The notes under the pieces: generated by a model
Database searches by the model: none
What the model saw: the letters and a program-made list of their open reading frames with translations, nothing else
Told to the model about the DNA's origin: nothing
NCBI RefSeq assembly: GCF_004010195.1
Contig: NC_057719.1
Location: 38,105,722 to 38,169,721, forward strand
Source of the DNA: Chiloscyllium plagiosum
Taxonomy: Eukaryota
DNA length: 64,000 nucleotides
Direction of reading: 5' to 3'
Made by a program: the position numbers and the translations under genes
Shown: one piece after another, positions 51,931-64,000 of the stretch
How positions within the stretch are numbered: position 1 is the first letter of the stretch
How the letters are laid out: every line of letters starts with the position of its first letter

Positions 51931-52582
51931 ATTATCCACAACAAAGCAACTGATTTGAATGGCACCCTATCCAATATCTTTAACATTCATTTCTTTCACC
52001 ACTGACACAGTAGCGCCAATATGGAGCATCTGCATGTTACATTATAGCAACATACCAGAATTTCTTTTGACAGAAACTTTCAAACCTGAAAACCGTAACA
52101 CCCTTCATTCCACACGTCATTCTGACTTGGAATTGTTTGCTGTCCTTTTGCTGTCTCTGGGTCAATATCCTGGAGTTCAAAGACTGCAGCTGTTCAATGA
52201 AGCAGTTTGCCACCATCACCTCCATGGGAATTGAAGGCAATAAATGCTTGCCTAGCCAGGGCTGTCCATATTCCCTGAATGATTTAAAACCACTCTATCT
52301 TTCCACTTTGTCCAAGCTTTTGAAGATCTGGTACGATATCTCCCCATAAAGCTGGTGTCATATTTTATTGTACAGTACTGCACAACACTATGAAAAAGTC
52401 ATGCTGTCAGATTCCTATCTTGCAGACAATGCCAGGATGTTTCATTGTATTGAAGGTGTTATTACTGCTTTCAGATACCTTGATGCTTGTCAAAGGGTAA
52501 GCTTGCTTGATTCTGTTTGTTGTTTTCATGTTCTTGCTTCACTCTTCTTTCTATCTTTAGCTTTCTGTTCTTTCTTTCTCAC

Positions 52583-53655
52583 TTCTCATACAGCACGGAA
52601 ACAGACCATCAGGCCAACTCGTCTATGCTGACCAGGTACTCTACATGAATCTAGACCTATTTGACAGCGTTTGGCCCATATCCCTCCCTATTCTTATACC
52701 CATCCACTTGCTGCTTAAATGTTGTAATTGTAACAGCCTCAAAACCACGTATGGTAGTCATTACATATACACCATCTTCTCTGAAATAGTTGTCATTTTA
52801 GGTCCCTTTTAAATCTTTCCCCTCTCACCTTAGCCTATGCCCTCTATTTCCGGAATCCTCTACCCTGGGGATAAAACCTTGACTACTAACCCTATTGATG
52901 CCCCTCATGGCCTTATAAGCTATGCGTTTACCACTCAGTCTTTGATGCTTCAGGGAAAATAGCCCCAGCATATTCAGCTGCTTCCTATAGCTCAAACCTT
53001 TCACCCTTTTATAAAAGGCAATATCCTTGTAAATCTTTTCTAAACCCTTTCAAGTTTCACAGCATCCTTCCTCTAACAGAGGCCAGAATTGAATGCAGTA
53101 CTCCAAAATTGGCCTAATGAATATCCTGTACAGCTGCAAGATAACATCCCAATCCTATATTCAGTGCATTAACTAATAAAGGCAAGAATACCAAATGCTG
53201 CCTTCACTATCCCGTCTGGGAGAAAGTGAGGACTGCAGATGCTGGAGATCAGAGCTGAAAATGTGTTGCTGGAAAAATGCAGCAGGTTCACTATCCCATC
53301 TACCTATGACTGTGCTTTCAAGGAACTATGAAAGTGTACTTTAGGTCTCTTCTGTTCGGCAACACTCCCAAGACGTTGCCATTAAGTGTATAAGTGTTGC
53401 TGTGATTTGTCTTACCAAAATTAAGCACCTCACATTTATCTAAATTAAATTTGCCACTTGCCCATCTGATCAAAGTCCTGTTGTCCTCTGAGCAATCTTC
53501 ACTGTCCATTACATCTCCAATTTTGGTGTCATCTGCAAACTTACTCACCATACCTCCTATATTCACATCCAAATCATTTATATAAGTGATAAAAAGCAAT
53601 TGATCCTTGTGGCACACTGCTGGTCACAGGCCCCTAGTCTGACAAGCAGCCCTTT
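52583..53655 (-). mobile_element. CR1/HER1 3' fragment
   Basis: YINDLDVNIGGMVSKFADDTKIG. Confidence 0.9.
53218..53286 (-). mobile_element. 69-bp PLE tail insertion with 15-bp TSD
   Basis: ttcactatcccgtct (53203-53217) / ttcactatcccatct (53287-53301). Confidence 0.85.
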
Positions 53656-53747
53656 TGGCCATTTCTCAAGTAACTTTTATAATAAATTTCCTCAGGAGCT
53701 TCTCAAGAACATTATAAAACACAAAAAGACAACCATATTAGATGATT

Positions 53748-54400
53748 AGGAGATGCTGGTGTTGGATTGGGCTGTACAAAGTTAAAAATCACACAACACC
53801 AAGTAATAGTCCAACAGGTTTATTTGGAAGCACTAGCTTTTGGAGTGCTGCTCTTTCAGGTGTTTTGGGCGGCGCGGTGGTACAGTGGTTAGCACTGCTG
53901 CCTCACAGCACCAGAGACCTGGGTTCAATTCCCGACTCAGGCGACTGACTGTGTGGAGTTTGCACATTCTCCCCGTGTCTGCGTGGGTTTCCTCCGGGTG
54001 CTCCGGTTTCCTCCCACAGTCCAAAGATGTGCAGGTCAGGTGAATTGGCCATGCTAAATTGCCTGTAGTGTTAGGTAGGGGGGTAAATGTAGGGGAATGG
54101 GTGGGTTGCGCTTCGGCGGGTCGGTGTGGACTTGGGCCGAAGGGCCTGTTTCCACACTGTAAGTAATCTAATCTAAAAGATTGTAAGACTCAGAATTTGT
54201 AGCAAAAGTTTACAGTGTGATGTAACTGAAATTATATATTGAAAAAGACCTGGATTGTTTAAGTCTCTCATCTTTTAGAATAATCATGTTGATTTCAGTT
54301 CTCATTTGTAAATTGCAAAACCTTTTTTTTTTAAACAATAGTTACATTCTCAAGTGAATTTTAACAATTGGTGTCATGTTGGCCCAGATAATGTATTGAA
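53748..54400 (-). mobile_element. Fourth PLE tail type with degenerate hammerhead (53831-53862), split by HE1
   Basis: Reverse complement CAC-CTGA..-AGAGC(agc)ACTCC-AAAAGCTA-GTG: CAC/GTG stem I, AGCT palindrome, damaged core. Confidence 0.55.
53867..54175 (+). mobile_element. HE1 SINE, young full length
   Basis: Closely similar to the reverse complement of 15813-16139. Confidence 0.95.
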
Positions 54401-54401
54401 G

Positions 54402-54661
54402 CCCCTTACCTATCCTCTAACTGTGCATTTGCCATGGTTAATCCACCTAGCCTGCATGTACCTGGGTACTATGGACAATTTAGCATTGCCAATCCATGTA
54501 CCTGCATATTTTTGGGGTGTGGGAGGAAACCAGAACACCTGATGGAAACCCACGCAGACACAGGGCAAACATACAAACTCTGCATTGAGTGGTGCGTAAA
54601 TGTGGATTCAAAGCTTTGTTTCTGGTGCTGTGAGGTAATAGTGCTAACCACTGTGCTGCCC
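54402..54661 (-). mobile_element. HE1 SINE (older)
   Basis: V-domain and agtgctaaccactgtgctgccc head. Confidence 0.8.
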
Positions 54662-54949
54662 TTACAGTCTGAAAAATACATACATAAACGTAATGCTCAG
54701 GAATTTTGTACATGACAACGCATGTGGGATGTTTAAGGCTGTAACATAGTTCATGAGCATTAATAGTGTTTCTGGTGCGATTATGCAATATGTAAGTTAG
54801 CTGTACCAACCCTAGTCAAATCTACTAATTTGACATAGACTGGATACTGTAGCAAATTATCATCTCTGTAGATTAATGCTACAGCAGGTCATGCTCTTAG
54901 TAGAAAAGAAAGCTGTTGCTCTTGAGGTAGCAGCAACCATTTAATCTGT

Positions 54950-55520
54950 AGAATGTGGTTACAGCACAAAAGGAGGTCATTCTGCTTTTCTAACTAATCT
55001 CCTTTTGACCTTTTTCTTGAAGGAAATTTGCCACAGCCTCTAATCTCTGAAGCAATTGAAACTCCTCACTCATGGAACCATTCTTGTGCATGTTTTCTGC
55101 ATGCCCTGACATTTTCATGTCCTTCATAAAGGATACCACAAACATTTGGATAAATACTCCATTTGAGGCTAAAGCATAGTTTATACAAATTTATCAGAGG
55201 TTCCTTGCTTTTGTATCCCATACCCTTACTTTATAGAAACTGGAACTCGTGCTAGTTGACTGTTCTCAATCTGCCCAGCCAACCTTTTGTTAATTTCTGC
55301 ACAGATACTGAAGGTGTCTGTACTCTGCATCCTTTTCAGAATTGTACTGTTAATTTTAAGTTGCCTTCTTTGTTCTTCCAATCAAAATGAATCACTTCAC
55401 ACTACTTTACTTTGCTTTAGGTTTCAGCTGTCAACTTGTAAGCCCTTGACCCACCAGCCTGCCTACATCCTGTTGAAGCCTACCATTATTCTCCTCACAT
55501 TTCATAGTGTTTCCATGTTT
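54950..55520 (-). mobile_element. Old CR1 3' fragment
   Basis: Degenerate similarity to the 945-1940 copy. Confidence 0.5.
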
Positions 55521-55524
55521 TTTA

Positions 55525-55921
55525 AAAAATTAATTCACTGGATGAGGGCATCCCTGGCCAAACCAGTATTTATTGTTCATCCCTGATTGCCTGAGGGCAA
55601 TAAAGAGTCAACCACATTGCTGTGGGTCTGGAGTTACACGTAGGCCAGATCAGGTAAGTATAGCAGTTTCCTTCCCAAAATGACATTAGTGAACCAGATG
55701 GGTTTTGAGAATTTATAGTAGTCATTAGACTCTTAATCCAGATTTTTGAAAAATTGAATTCCAATTCTGCCATTGCATTGGCAGGATTCAAACCTGGATC
55801 ATAGAGTCCCACAGTGTGGAAACTGGCCATTTGGCCCAAATTGGTCCATGCCAACCACATTAACAGCCCAATGAAAATACCACTGGCCTACACCTTTACA
55901 TACTGCAAGATTATCGCCTCC
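55525..55921 (-). mobile_element. SINE family B, near full length, with an HE1/CR1 tail piece at about 55799-55858
   Basis: Reverse strand has B box GGTTTGAATCC, A-box-like TAGGCCAGTGG and a LINE-B-like 3' end. Confidence 0.75.
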
Positions 55922-57689
55922 CTTTCAATTTGTCATTCACCACTCGAAAGTGTGCTCTGTGCATGCCAGTCTAGACCATTAATAATATTGAGCAAAATAG
56001 AGGTTCTAGCACTGACCCTGGTGAGCCCCTCACCGCTACTCTTTCCTGTCACTCAGCTGCTATCCCTTTATTCCAACTTTGTTGAAAAGTCTGATATTTG
56101 GAATGTCTATTGGAACTTCTTTGCATTACAGCAGCCAGGTTACCTACATCAAGCCTCTCATTTCACCACAAAACACAGTTAGTTAAACACGATTTGCCTT
56201 AAACACACCTGTTTCTGTAAGTGAAATTAATTTTGTCCTAAATTATCACTTCTGAAAGCTGCCCCATCAGTTGGTTTAACATTCACTTTCCACCTTGAAT
56301 TTATCTTCTGACTAATGAATAATTCGTCTACCAATAAGCCAGTTCAAAAATATTTTTAAAATATTTGTTTCCTTTCACTAAATAACGTTTTGCTGATTCC
56401 AGTTGTTTTGTAATCTCTTGTTTATCAAAGTTGGTTTTTGTTTTGCAGTCCTATTCAGTAATATTGTTTAAGTGAATGCCATTATTTCAGCTCAGCAACA
56501 ATGCCCTAGATATTATAATTGCACACATTAACAAGCAGACATATTGTCGAATTATTGAGTATAGTTAATTCATTTCCAATGGTCTGGTTTTGATAAGCTC
56601 GTGTTTGAAATAAGAGGGATGAACAGTGAGGAGGAGGGATAGTTCATTTTAATTCAGCAGAGGTGCACTTTATTGCGTCTTTTTGAAGGTGACTGATTAG
56701 TGTTGCATTTATGACAGTAATTTAGAATAATAATAAACATATCCTATGTTCTTGTACCCCCTGTAGTGCTATTGTATTTACTTGTCACTGTTAAACGTTT
56801 TCTAGAGCCACTTCCACTTTACCAGTGTTTATTTTCAACTGGGAATTTGAGAATTCACATTTCAAGTCAAAATTTAATCGGATGTGGTAAACCAACCCAA
56901 ATCAGAACTGATCGACATGCAGCAACATTTAACTCCTCTGCATCTCCAGGATTGAATGTACAGTGAAATATCAAAAAAGTTGCATGCTTTCTTGTGCTTT
57001 ATGTAAAAGTGCTGAAATAATGTTATTGCTGGTATTGAAATGCCTTTTATCTGAAACAATAAGTCTTGTGTTACTTAAGATCTGTTCATGGAAGACTTGA
57101 AAAACAACTGCCATACAACTGCCATACTTTGGGGGGAGAACAATATCTGCAGTTTATTCCCGTGCACGGAATTTCAATTTAGAGTCAGCTTGGTTGCATT
57201 TAGAGATTGCACAGCACAATTTTGAAATTGGGATCTCTAACAAATGATGGTAACTCGTGCAAAGCTTATATGGACTATGTCACCACCTGTGACATTGCAA
57301 GTAAAAGCAGTCTTGTTTATTATTTCACATCAAACTTCTAGTTTTTTTGTATCTTAAGTTTGGCTTGGGTGCATCTCAATTCTTTCTATCTTCTGACTTC
57401 AATTGTTTTAATATCAGTCAATGCTTTTAGTTAGTTACCCAGATATTTCCTCAAAAGTAGAATGGTGTCATATACGACCTTGCTTTTAGCTTTAAACTAC
57501 TAAGCAAATTCATTCAAAAACAATGCACTTGTGTTGAAAGGTAGCTTTTGTGTGTGTGAATACATTTCCAACCTAATGGAACACTGCTAAACAATTCTCC
57601 TCTATCTCTGCTTAACGTTTCAAGGTCACTGAAAATCCTTCCGGTTAGTTAAGGCTTGTTTGTAGAGAATTGCCATAACTTTCATCTAA

Positions 57690-58340
57690 TCATCTTCATC
57701 TGCTCCATCAATGATCTTCACTTCATTATAAAGTTACAAATAGCAATTATGCTGTCATCCGCAAGCAATGTTCACCCCCATTTCTGACTTTTCAGACACA
57801 AAATCAGTCCATGTCTGAATGACCATGACCTGGAAATTATTAAGGCTCATGTTGACCAGTGGCAAATAATGTCACAAGTGGGGCAATGAACAGTAACCAT
57901 TTCCAACAGGAGAGAATGTAACCACCACCTCTTGAGTATTCCGTAGTATTCACACTCTGAATTCCCCACTGTCAACATTCTGGAGTTATTATTGACCAAA
58001 ACCTCAACTGGACTAGCCTTATAAGTACTGAGGCTGTGACAGCAGGCCAGATGCTAGGAATCCTGCAGTAAATAACTCACTCCTAACTCCCTAAAGTCTG
58101 TTTACCATCTATAAGGCACAAGTCTGAGTGTGAATGAATACCTATCATTTGCTTGGATGTGCGCAGCTTCAGCAATACTTGAGAAACTTGACACCACCTA
58201 GGTCAAGCCACTTGATTAGCACTAAATCTTTAAACATAGTTCCCTCTTCCATTGACACTCAGCAGCAGTGTTTATCTATATGCGATGAACTGTAACAGGT
58301 CAGTGTTTCCTTAGCACTTCCAAATCCTTGGCCACAACAT
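57690..58340 (+). mobile_element. LINE family B RT C-terminal fragment
   Basis: Collinear with 13960-14600 (IFICSINDL, VDQWQI, NILELLLTK, IYKAQV). Confidence 0.75.
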
Positions 58341-59756
58341 TTAGACAGCCAAGTGCTTTTATATTTTGCAGCTGAAACATTGCCACTTGCTACGTTTTCA
58401 TGATTGAACTCTTCTGCAGTATAGGAAATCCAAGTTGATTTTAAAGCCATGAGTTAGCATTGGCAGTTACTTTTATGCAAGAAGTTAAACAGAAAAAAAC
58501 AGTGATGCAAAGCTGCATGTTCCAGAACAATTACCTAATGTTTGAACAATGACATCTTCCTTGATGCATGCTTTCATTCCCTGCCCTTCCTGTCTCTGCA
58601 TTCCCCTACCCAACAATTATCATTAAATTCCTGTTACTATCATGCCTTGCTGAGGTACTGCACTGGAAGTCAAGCCCTACTATTCCTAGTTGTTGCGTAA
58701 GTTTAAAATCTTCCTTAAATGTACACAGACTTCATCAATTTATCTGCCTTTTAGATCTAAATTCACAGCACGACCAGTTTACTGTACTGAACAAACATTA
58801 CCTGTAGCTAAAGTCTATTTATTGGTAACAATAAGCAATTATGAACAGTCAGCATATAACTTGACTAGTTAAAACTCCTAACCCCTTTAATCTTGCCTTA
58901 ATTCAATGCATACAGCACAAAAAAAGTGTTATAGGCAGAGAGAAGATTGGACAAACAATTGTGCTTACGGGATCAACTGAGATTCTTGTGCTGATCAGAA
59001 ATCTACTGTCTGTCTTGCCTGGATGCTTCCACTGGTTTGTACGAGACATGGTATAGCAGATTCACATTTATGAAAGATCTGACCTATTAATTAAAAGTCA
59101 CAACTAACAACAACTGCTGAAGAAAAATAGTGGTTTTCTTTTGGCTTATTGGCTATTATTGCAGAAAACAGATCTCCTGATTTGCTCAGAAATTGCTGGT
59201 TTCCCACCCAACTAAGAAGCAATCGCAGTTGTTAGTAGGCAGAAGGCCTCTGTCATGATTAGTCAATAGATCAATCAGCTACTTATTGTTGACTGTACAT
59301 CCAGTTGTGCACACCTTTTGACTTCCGTTCTCTGAAATATTACTGCTTGAAGCAGCTGTTGTATAAATGGTTGTGTAAGTGGTGCTTAACGGTGTCTGGT
59401 TACTTGCTTTCAAAAACATTCGGTAATCCTTCAGCAATCCTTGGTTCTTAAAGCAGTTCTTTTCTCATTTCAGTCTATAATCAAAATGATTTTTAAAAAA
59501 AAACTCCTTTATTGGTTCATTCTTGTTCAACTTCTTTCCATATACTTGAGTTGCATTCTTCCCATTTAACGCCCCCCCCCACCAACCCCGCCTCAGATTT
59601 GCATAATGTTGTGGTTTTGTCTTTGGGTCAGGTATTTCATAACTGTATAGTGTATGTATAAATTGCCAGCTATATTTGTTGCAGTGTTTATTCTGTCAGT
59701 CATGACAGACCCTAGCCCTATTGCACAGTTAAATTTCTAACAGTGTTACTATGTCA

Positions 59757-59770
59757 CCACTAGAGGGTGC
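59757..59770 (+). promoter_or_regulatory. CTCF-like binding motif
   Basis: CCACTAGAGGGTGC, one C>T from the consensus CCACTAGAGGGCGC, in non-repeat DNA. Confidence 0.45.
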
Positions 59771-59915
59771 ATAGTGACTTCCTAAAAAAAACATTTGAAA
59801 TATTTGTTCGCAATTTAATCAATAAAAGCTCCATTAATATTTTAAATTATTTGAAATTAGAAGCCTCTTTCCTAGGAGATAGAACATCACAATAGTTATT
59901 TATTTTGTGTAGTAC

Positions 59916-61260
59916 AATTGAATTGAATTGAATTTAATTTATTGTCATGTGTACCTGAGGCACAGTGAGAAGTTTTGTCTTCCGAGTAATATAGGCAGAT
60001 CATAGAGTTAAGTAGCATAGATAAGTAAGTAGGTAAACAGCGACAAAAACAAAAACACAGGTACAGGTGAATGTTAAGAGTTTGTGAGCCCATTCCATAT
60101 TCTAACAGTAGGGTAGAAACTGTTTCGAAATCAGCTGATGCATGTGTTCAGGCTTCTGTACCTACTCCCCGATGGTAAAGGTTGTAGAAAAACATTGCCA
60201 GGGTGGCATCTTTGAGAATGCTGGCAGCTTTCGTTGACAGCGGGCCTGATAGATGGATTCTGTAGGTGGGAGGTTGTGTTAATGAGGATGAAATATTGTC
60301 CCCAGTCTTCACTGATTGTGGTCTGTGGGTCAGGAAACTGAGGATCCAGTTGCAGAGAGTGGAGCTTAATCAGAGATCACTAAGTTTAGTAATCAGTCTC
60401 GAGTGGATGATAGTGTTGCAGGCTGAACTGTCGTCAATGAGTAGGATTCTTGATTAGCTGTTCTTGGTGTCAAGATGTTCTAGGGAGGGGTGAAGGGCAA
60501 GTGATTATGGCATCTGACATGGATCTTTTGGTCCAATAGGCAAATTGGAGTGGGTCAAGTGTAGTAAGGAGGCTGGCGTTGATTAATGCCATGGACTAGC
60601 CTTTCAAAGCACTTCATGACCACAGAAGTTATGGCCACTAGGTGTTAGTCATTGAGACATGCTTCCTTAGGCGCAGGGATAATGTTGGCCCTCTTGAAAC
60701 AGGAGGGACAGTGGCCTGCTGCAGGGAGAGGTTGAAGATGTCCAAGAAGACCTCTGCCAGTTGATCTGCGCATGCTCTGAGTGCACGGCCTGGTACTCCA
60801 TCTGGTCCCATCGCTTTCCTTGAAGTCATATGAAAAAACTGATCTGACCTCTGTAGTGACTGTTGGGATAGGTTCGTCAGGACTTGTCAGAATAGGTGTT
60901 ACCTCTCTGCTGAAATTCTGCTCAAAGCGAGCATAGAAGGTGTTGAGACAATCTGGGAGGGATGTGCCATTGTCTGCTATCTTGCACTCTCTTTTTGGAA
61001 CCTATGATGTCATTTAGTCCTTGCCAAAGTCACTGGGTGTCTGTCTGGGTCTCTAGTTTGGATCAGTATTGGTCCTTGGCTGCAATGGCTCTGTGAAGGT
61101 CATACTTGGATTCCTTATAATTGAGTGGGTCTGCTGATCTGAAGGCTTCACGTCTGGTTTTTAGCAGGTTCTGTATGTCATGATTCATCCAGGGTTTCCT
61201 GTTGGCAAACACCCGGATTGATTGCCTCATGCACACTCCACACTCTTGCTGATAAGTTCA
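59916..61260 (-). mobile_element. Rex1/Babar-type LINE fragment, internally deleted
   Basis: RKAMGPDGVPGRALRACADQLAEVFLDIFNLSLQQATVP, RILLIDDSSACNTI; (ATTCA)n tail. Confidence 0.85.
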
Positions 61261-61479
61261 AGTATAGTCAATAAAGTCAAGCAAGTCAATGCAAGCTTAG
61301 CAGTGGCAACAATCTTAAGATTAGCATACCTATTTCTGTATAACTGTGTGCACAGTATGAACATATTGCTCTTATTCCTAGCCCTAATGATAAAATAATG
61401 GGCGCATATTATGTGTTATTATTTGGTGCACTGCACTGTGCATTTTTCTCCTCTAAGCTTTTCTTTTGCTATTTAGATA

Positions 61480-62146
61480 TGCACAAATCCATGCTGACTA
61501 TCCCTAAAATCCATTCTTTTCCAACTAAGAGTAAATCCTGTCCTAAGAATCTTCTCTAATAATTACTCTATTACTGATGTAAAGCTCACCGGCCTATAAT
61601 TTCCTGGATTATCCTTGTTGCTGTAGAAAATCAACATACCCTCCTGAATCTTTGCATTGGTTAACAGCAAGACGGACATGGATAATGCTAAGTACTCATT
61701 TAATGAAGTCTCCCACTTCCTTTTGTCCTTGAGTGGACCTGTTCTTTCCCTGGCTACCATTTTTAGCCTTTAATATATGTATAAAATGCCTTGGGATTCT
61801 CCTTAATCCGATTTGCCAATGACATTTCATGGCCACTTTTAGCCCTTCCTATCTCTTTACATTACTCCCTACTTCCTTTGTATTCCTCAAGGGCATGTCT
61901 GATTTCAGTTTCCTAAACTTTACATTTGCTTCCTTTTTTTCTTTTTGACCAAGTTTCTAAATCTCTTGTCATCCCGAGTTCTTGCCATCCTTATCAGTTA
62001 TCCTCACAAGAGCATGAATGGTCATTATCTCTGACCATCTAGCCTTCAAAAGGCTCTTAAAACTTATAGAATTATGATTGCTATTCCCCACTGAAACTGA
62101 CTTCCTGGCTCACTTCTCAATACAAAGTTTAGTATGGCCCCTCCCC
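61480..62146 (-). mobile_element. CR1/HER1 ORF2 fragment (deleted)
   Basis: VARERTGPLKDK, DNPGNYRPVSFTSV. Confidence 0.8.
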
Positions 62147-62869
62147 TGTGTTATATAAATTTTCACAAGCTATCTTTAATACAGCTACTTATTAAGAAAT
62201 CGCTCACAATCCAATACTGAAACAATTATTTAAACTTTATTGCATGTAGACCCTTCAAAGTAAATATGACCTTCAAGTAAGCAAGTATTGCCTCTCGACC
62301 TAACTTAACTGTTACCTCATTAATGGTGGAATTTAGCAACGATTCCAACCAACAATGTCTGTCTCTCGGTGTCCATGGTTCAATCCTTGTGCAGAATAAT
62401 TCTCTGGAGTTCTGATAAAGAATCCCAAAGTTGAACTCTTGTAGGATTTTGTTTTGTTTAGTTTGTGGTTTGACATTATTTATGACGCATGAAGTAACCA
62501 AGTCAGTAGCTTGCTTACTGGGTGTAAAAACTAGCTGCACTCCACCTAGTTCTCTGTTCGTTGTTACAGTCAGTGTTAGCTGTTCGTTTGAAGCACAGTC
62601 TCCCATTAACCCCTTCACCTCAGAACATTCCTTCTGCTGGCAATCGTATTGCCAATTTGTCTCATAGCTAGTTACCTCCTCTCCTGGGAAATAGTATATG
62701 TTACTTTGACGCCTTGTTCTTAGGAATGGTTAATTGGCATGTTGTTTTTTAATTCCTTTTGTGTAACTGTTTGTAAACATTTACTCAGTGTTTGCTGGTT
62801 CTTTCAATCTATGAACAGTTACTAAAGTTCTAGAGTATAGAGGTTGCAGTACCAGGGAGGCAACACGCA

Positions 62870-63400
62870 TCAGGATATTGCATAGGCTGGAAAATTTCTG
62901 ATGAGAAATTGGACAGACTGGTGTTGCTTTTCTTAAAGCACAGGAGGTTGAGAGATGACATGATTGAGATGTATAAAATTGAGGGGAATTGATAGGGTAG
63001 ATAGAAATAAATTGTCTGTCTCGATGGAGAGATCAGTGACCAAAGAGGAGCATAGATCTTAAACTAAGGGATAGAAAAAACTTTTACCCAGCAGATGGTG
63101 AGAATCTGGGACTCACTGCCTTTAAAGGCAGAAACCCTCAACATTTGAGTATTTAAATCGATAGTGAAGAAGATTATCTAAGATCACAAAGAGATCTTGA
63201 GTGACAGATGGAGTTTAATTTGGATAGATGTAAGGTATTGAATTTTTGTAAAACAACAAGCACAGGACTTGTACATCTAAAAGTAGGGCCTTGGGTAGTG
63301 TTGTAGAACAGAGACCTAAGGGTTCAGGTATATAATTCTTTGAAGTTTGCATGGTGGTTAAGATACCTTCATTGCTGAGAAGTTTTGAGTATAGGAGTTG
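62870..63400 (+). mobile_element. Old CR1 3' fragments
   Basis: RRLRDDMIEMYKI and QMEFNLDRCKVLNF remnants. Confidence 0.65.
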
Positions 63401-64000
63401 AGTAATTGGGAGGCAGGAAGTTACAATTGGTGTTTGTAAAATGGGGAAAGCATTGTGTGGTCCCTTTTAAACAAAAAGGTGCTTTTTGGTGCTTAGACGT
63501 TTAAATGCCAAGTACACAGCCCAAATTGAAATATTTGTATGGAAAGGCCATATGGTTCGCAGGCCAAGCAGCAGTTTGTACCAAGACAACAGGCTTTTAA
63601 ATTTAGCCAGTCAATTTGAACCAGGTACTTCCCAAAAACCTATTAAATTTAAATCTGGTTTTGACAAAAGACCAGTCTAACTGTAAGAAATATTGATATG
63701 TCATGATTGAGATGTATAAAAGGGTCATTTGGACAGAGACTCCGAGAGCTAGTTGCCGCTCACCAGTGCTAATGGCCCTCAACACTGTTTTGAGAGAGTA
63801 TCGCTGGCTTTCAGCCTTATCTATGACTTAGAGAAAACAAAATCTAAATACCAAAGGTACCAATGATAGAAGGCACTCCTCACAGAAGAATTGACACAGA
63901 AGGCACGTAATCTGGCTGTTATTTTGAGAGTCTAAAGTCTTTTTTTCTAATGAGTGGGACTTCTATTTATTGGAACGCTATACCATTAGAATCTTGCTTT

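Larger units (their letters stand above)
50190..52289 (+). mobile_element. LINE family B, decayed and internally deleted but spanning 5' to 3' ends
   Basis: 5' part homologous to the SINE-B body; endonuclease remnant VMLSNSYLANNALDNAIT..VLSHQQD..LGIFNINSG; RT remnants; 3' end ggcaataaatgcttgcctagccag. Confidence 0.7.

Noticed and set aside
59103..59236. actaacaacaactgc / gcagttgttagt inverted pair
   Set aside because: Imperfect, low complexity and without TSD or internal symmetry

Overview
Repeat-dense, non-coding vertebrate DNA. The repeat families (HE1-type V-SINEs, HER1/CR1 LINEs) point to an elasmobranch (shark) genome. No host exon, rRNA, tRNA gene or CRISPR array could be supported, and every recognisable ORF is a broken transposon fragment. 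The window holds many CR1/HER1 pieces, a second CR1-like LINE family with a SINE that shares both of its ends, about 10 HE1 SINEs, one near-full-length decayed L1-like element (23.4-29.2 kb) carrying nested insertions, a Rex1/Babar fragment, two Tigger-like DNA transposon remnants and at least four Penelope-like element (PLE) tail types. The most notable signal is about a dozen minimal type I hammerhead ribozyme motifs (CUGANGA...GAAAC-GUH, palindromic stem III) in PLE tails. Several PLE tails occur as 69-186 bp TSD-flanked inserts, some with fold-back inversions, and 5' ends often fall at the ribozyme. Also seen: an isolated perfect 14-bp-stem hairpin and a CTCF-like motif inside an inverted repeat. 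Family names come from recall, and boundaries of old repeats are approximate.
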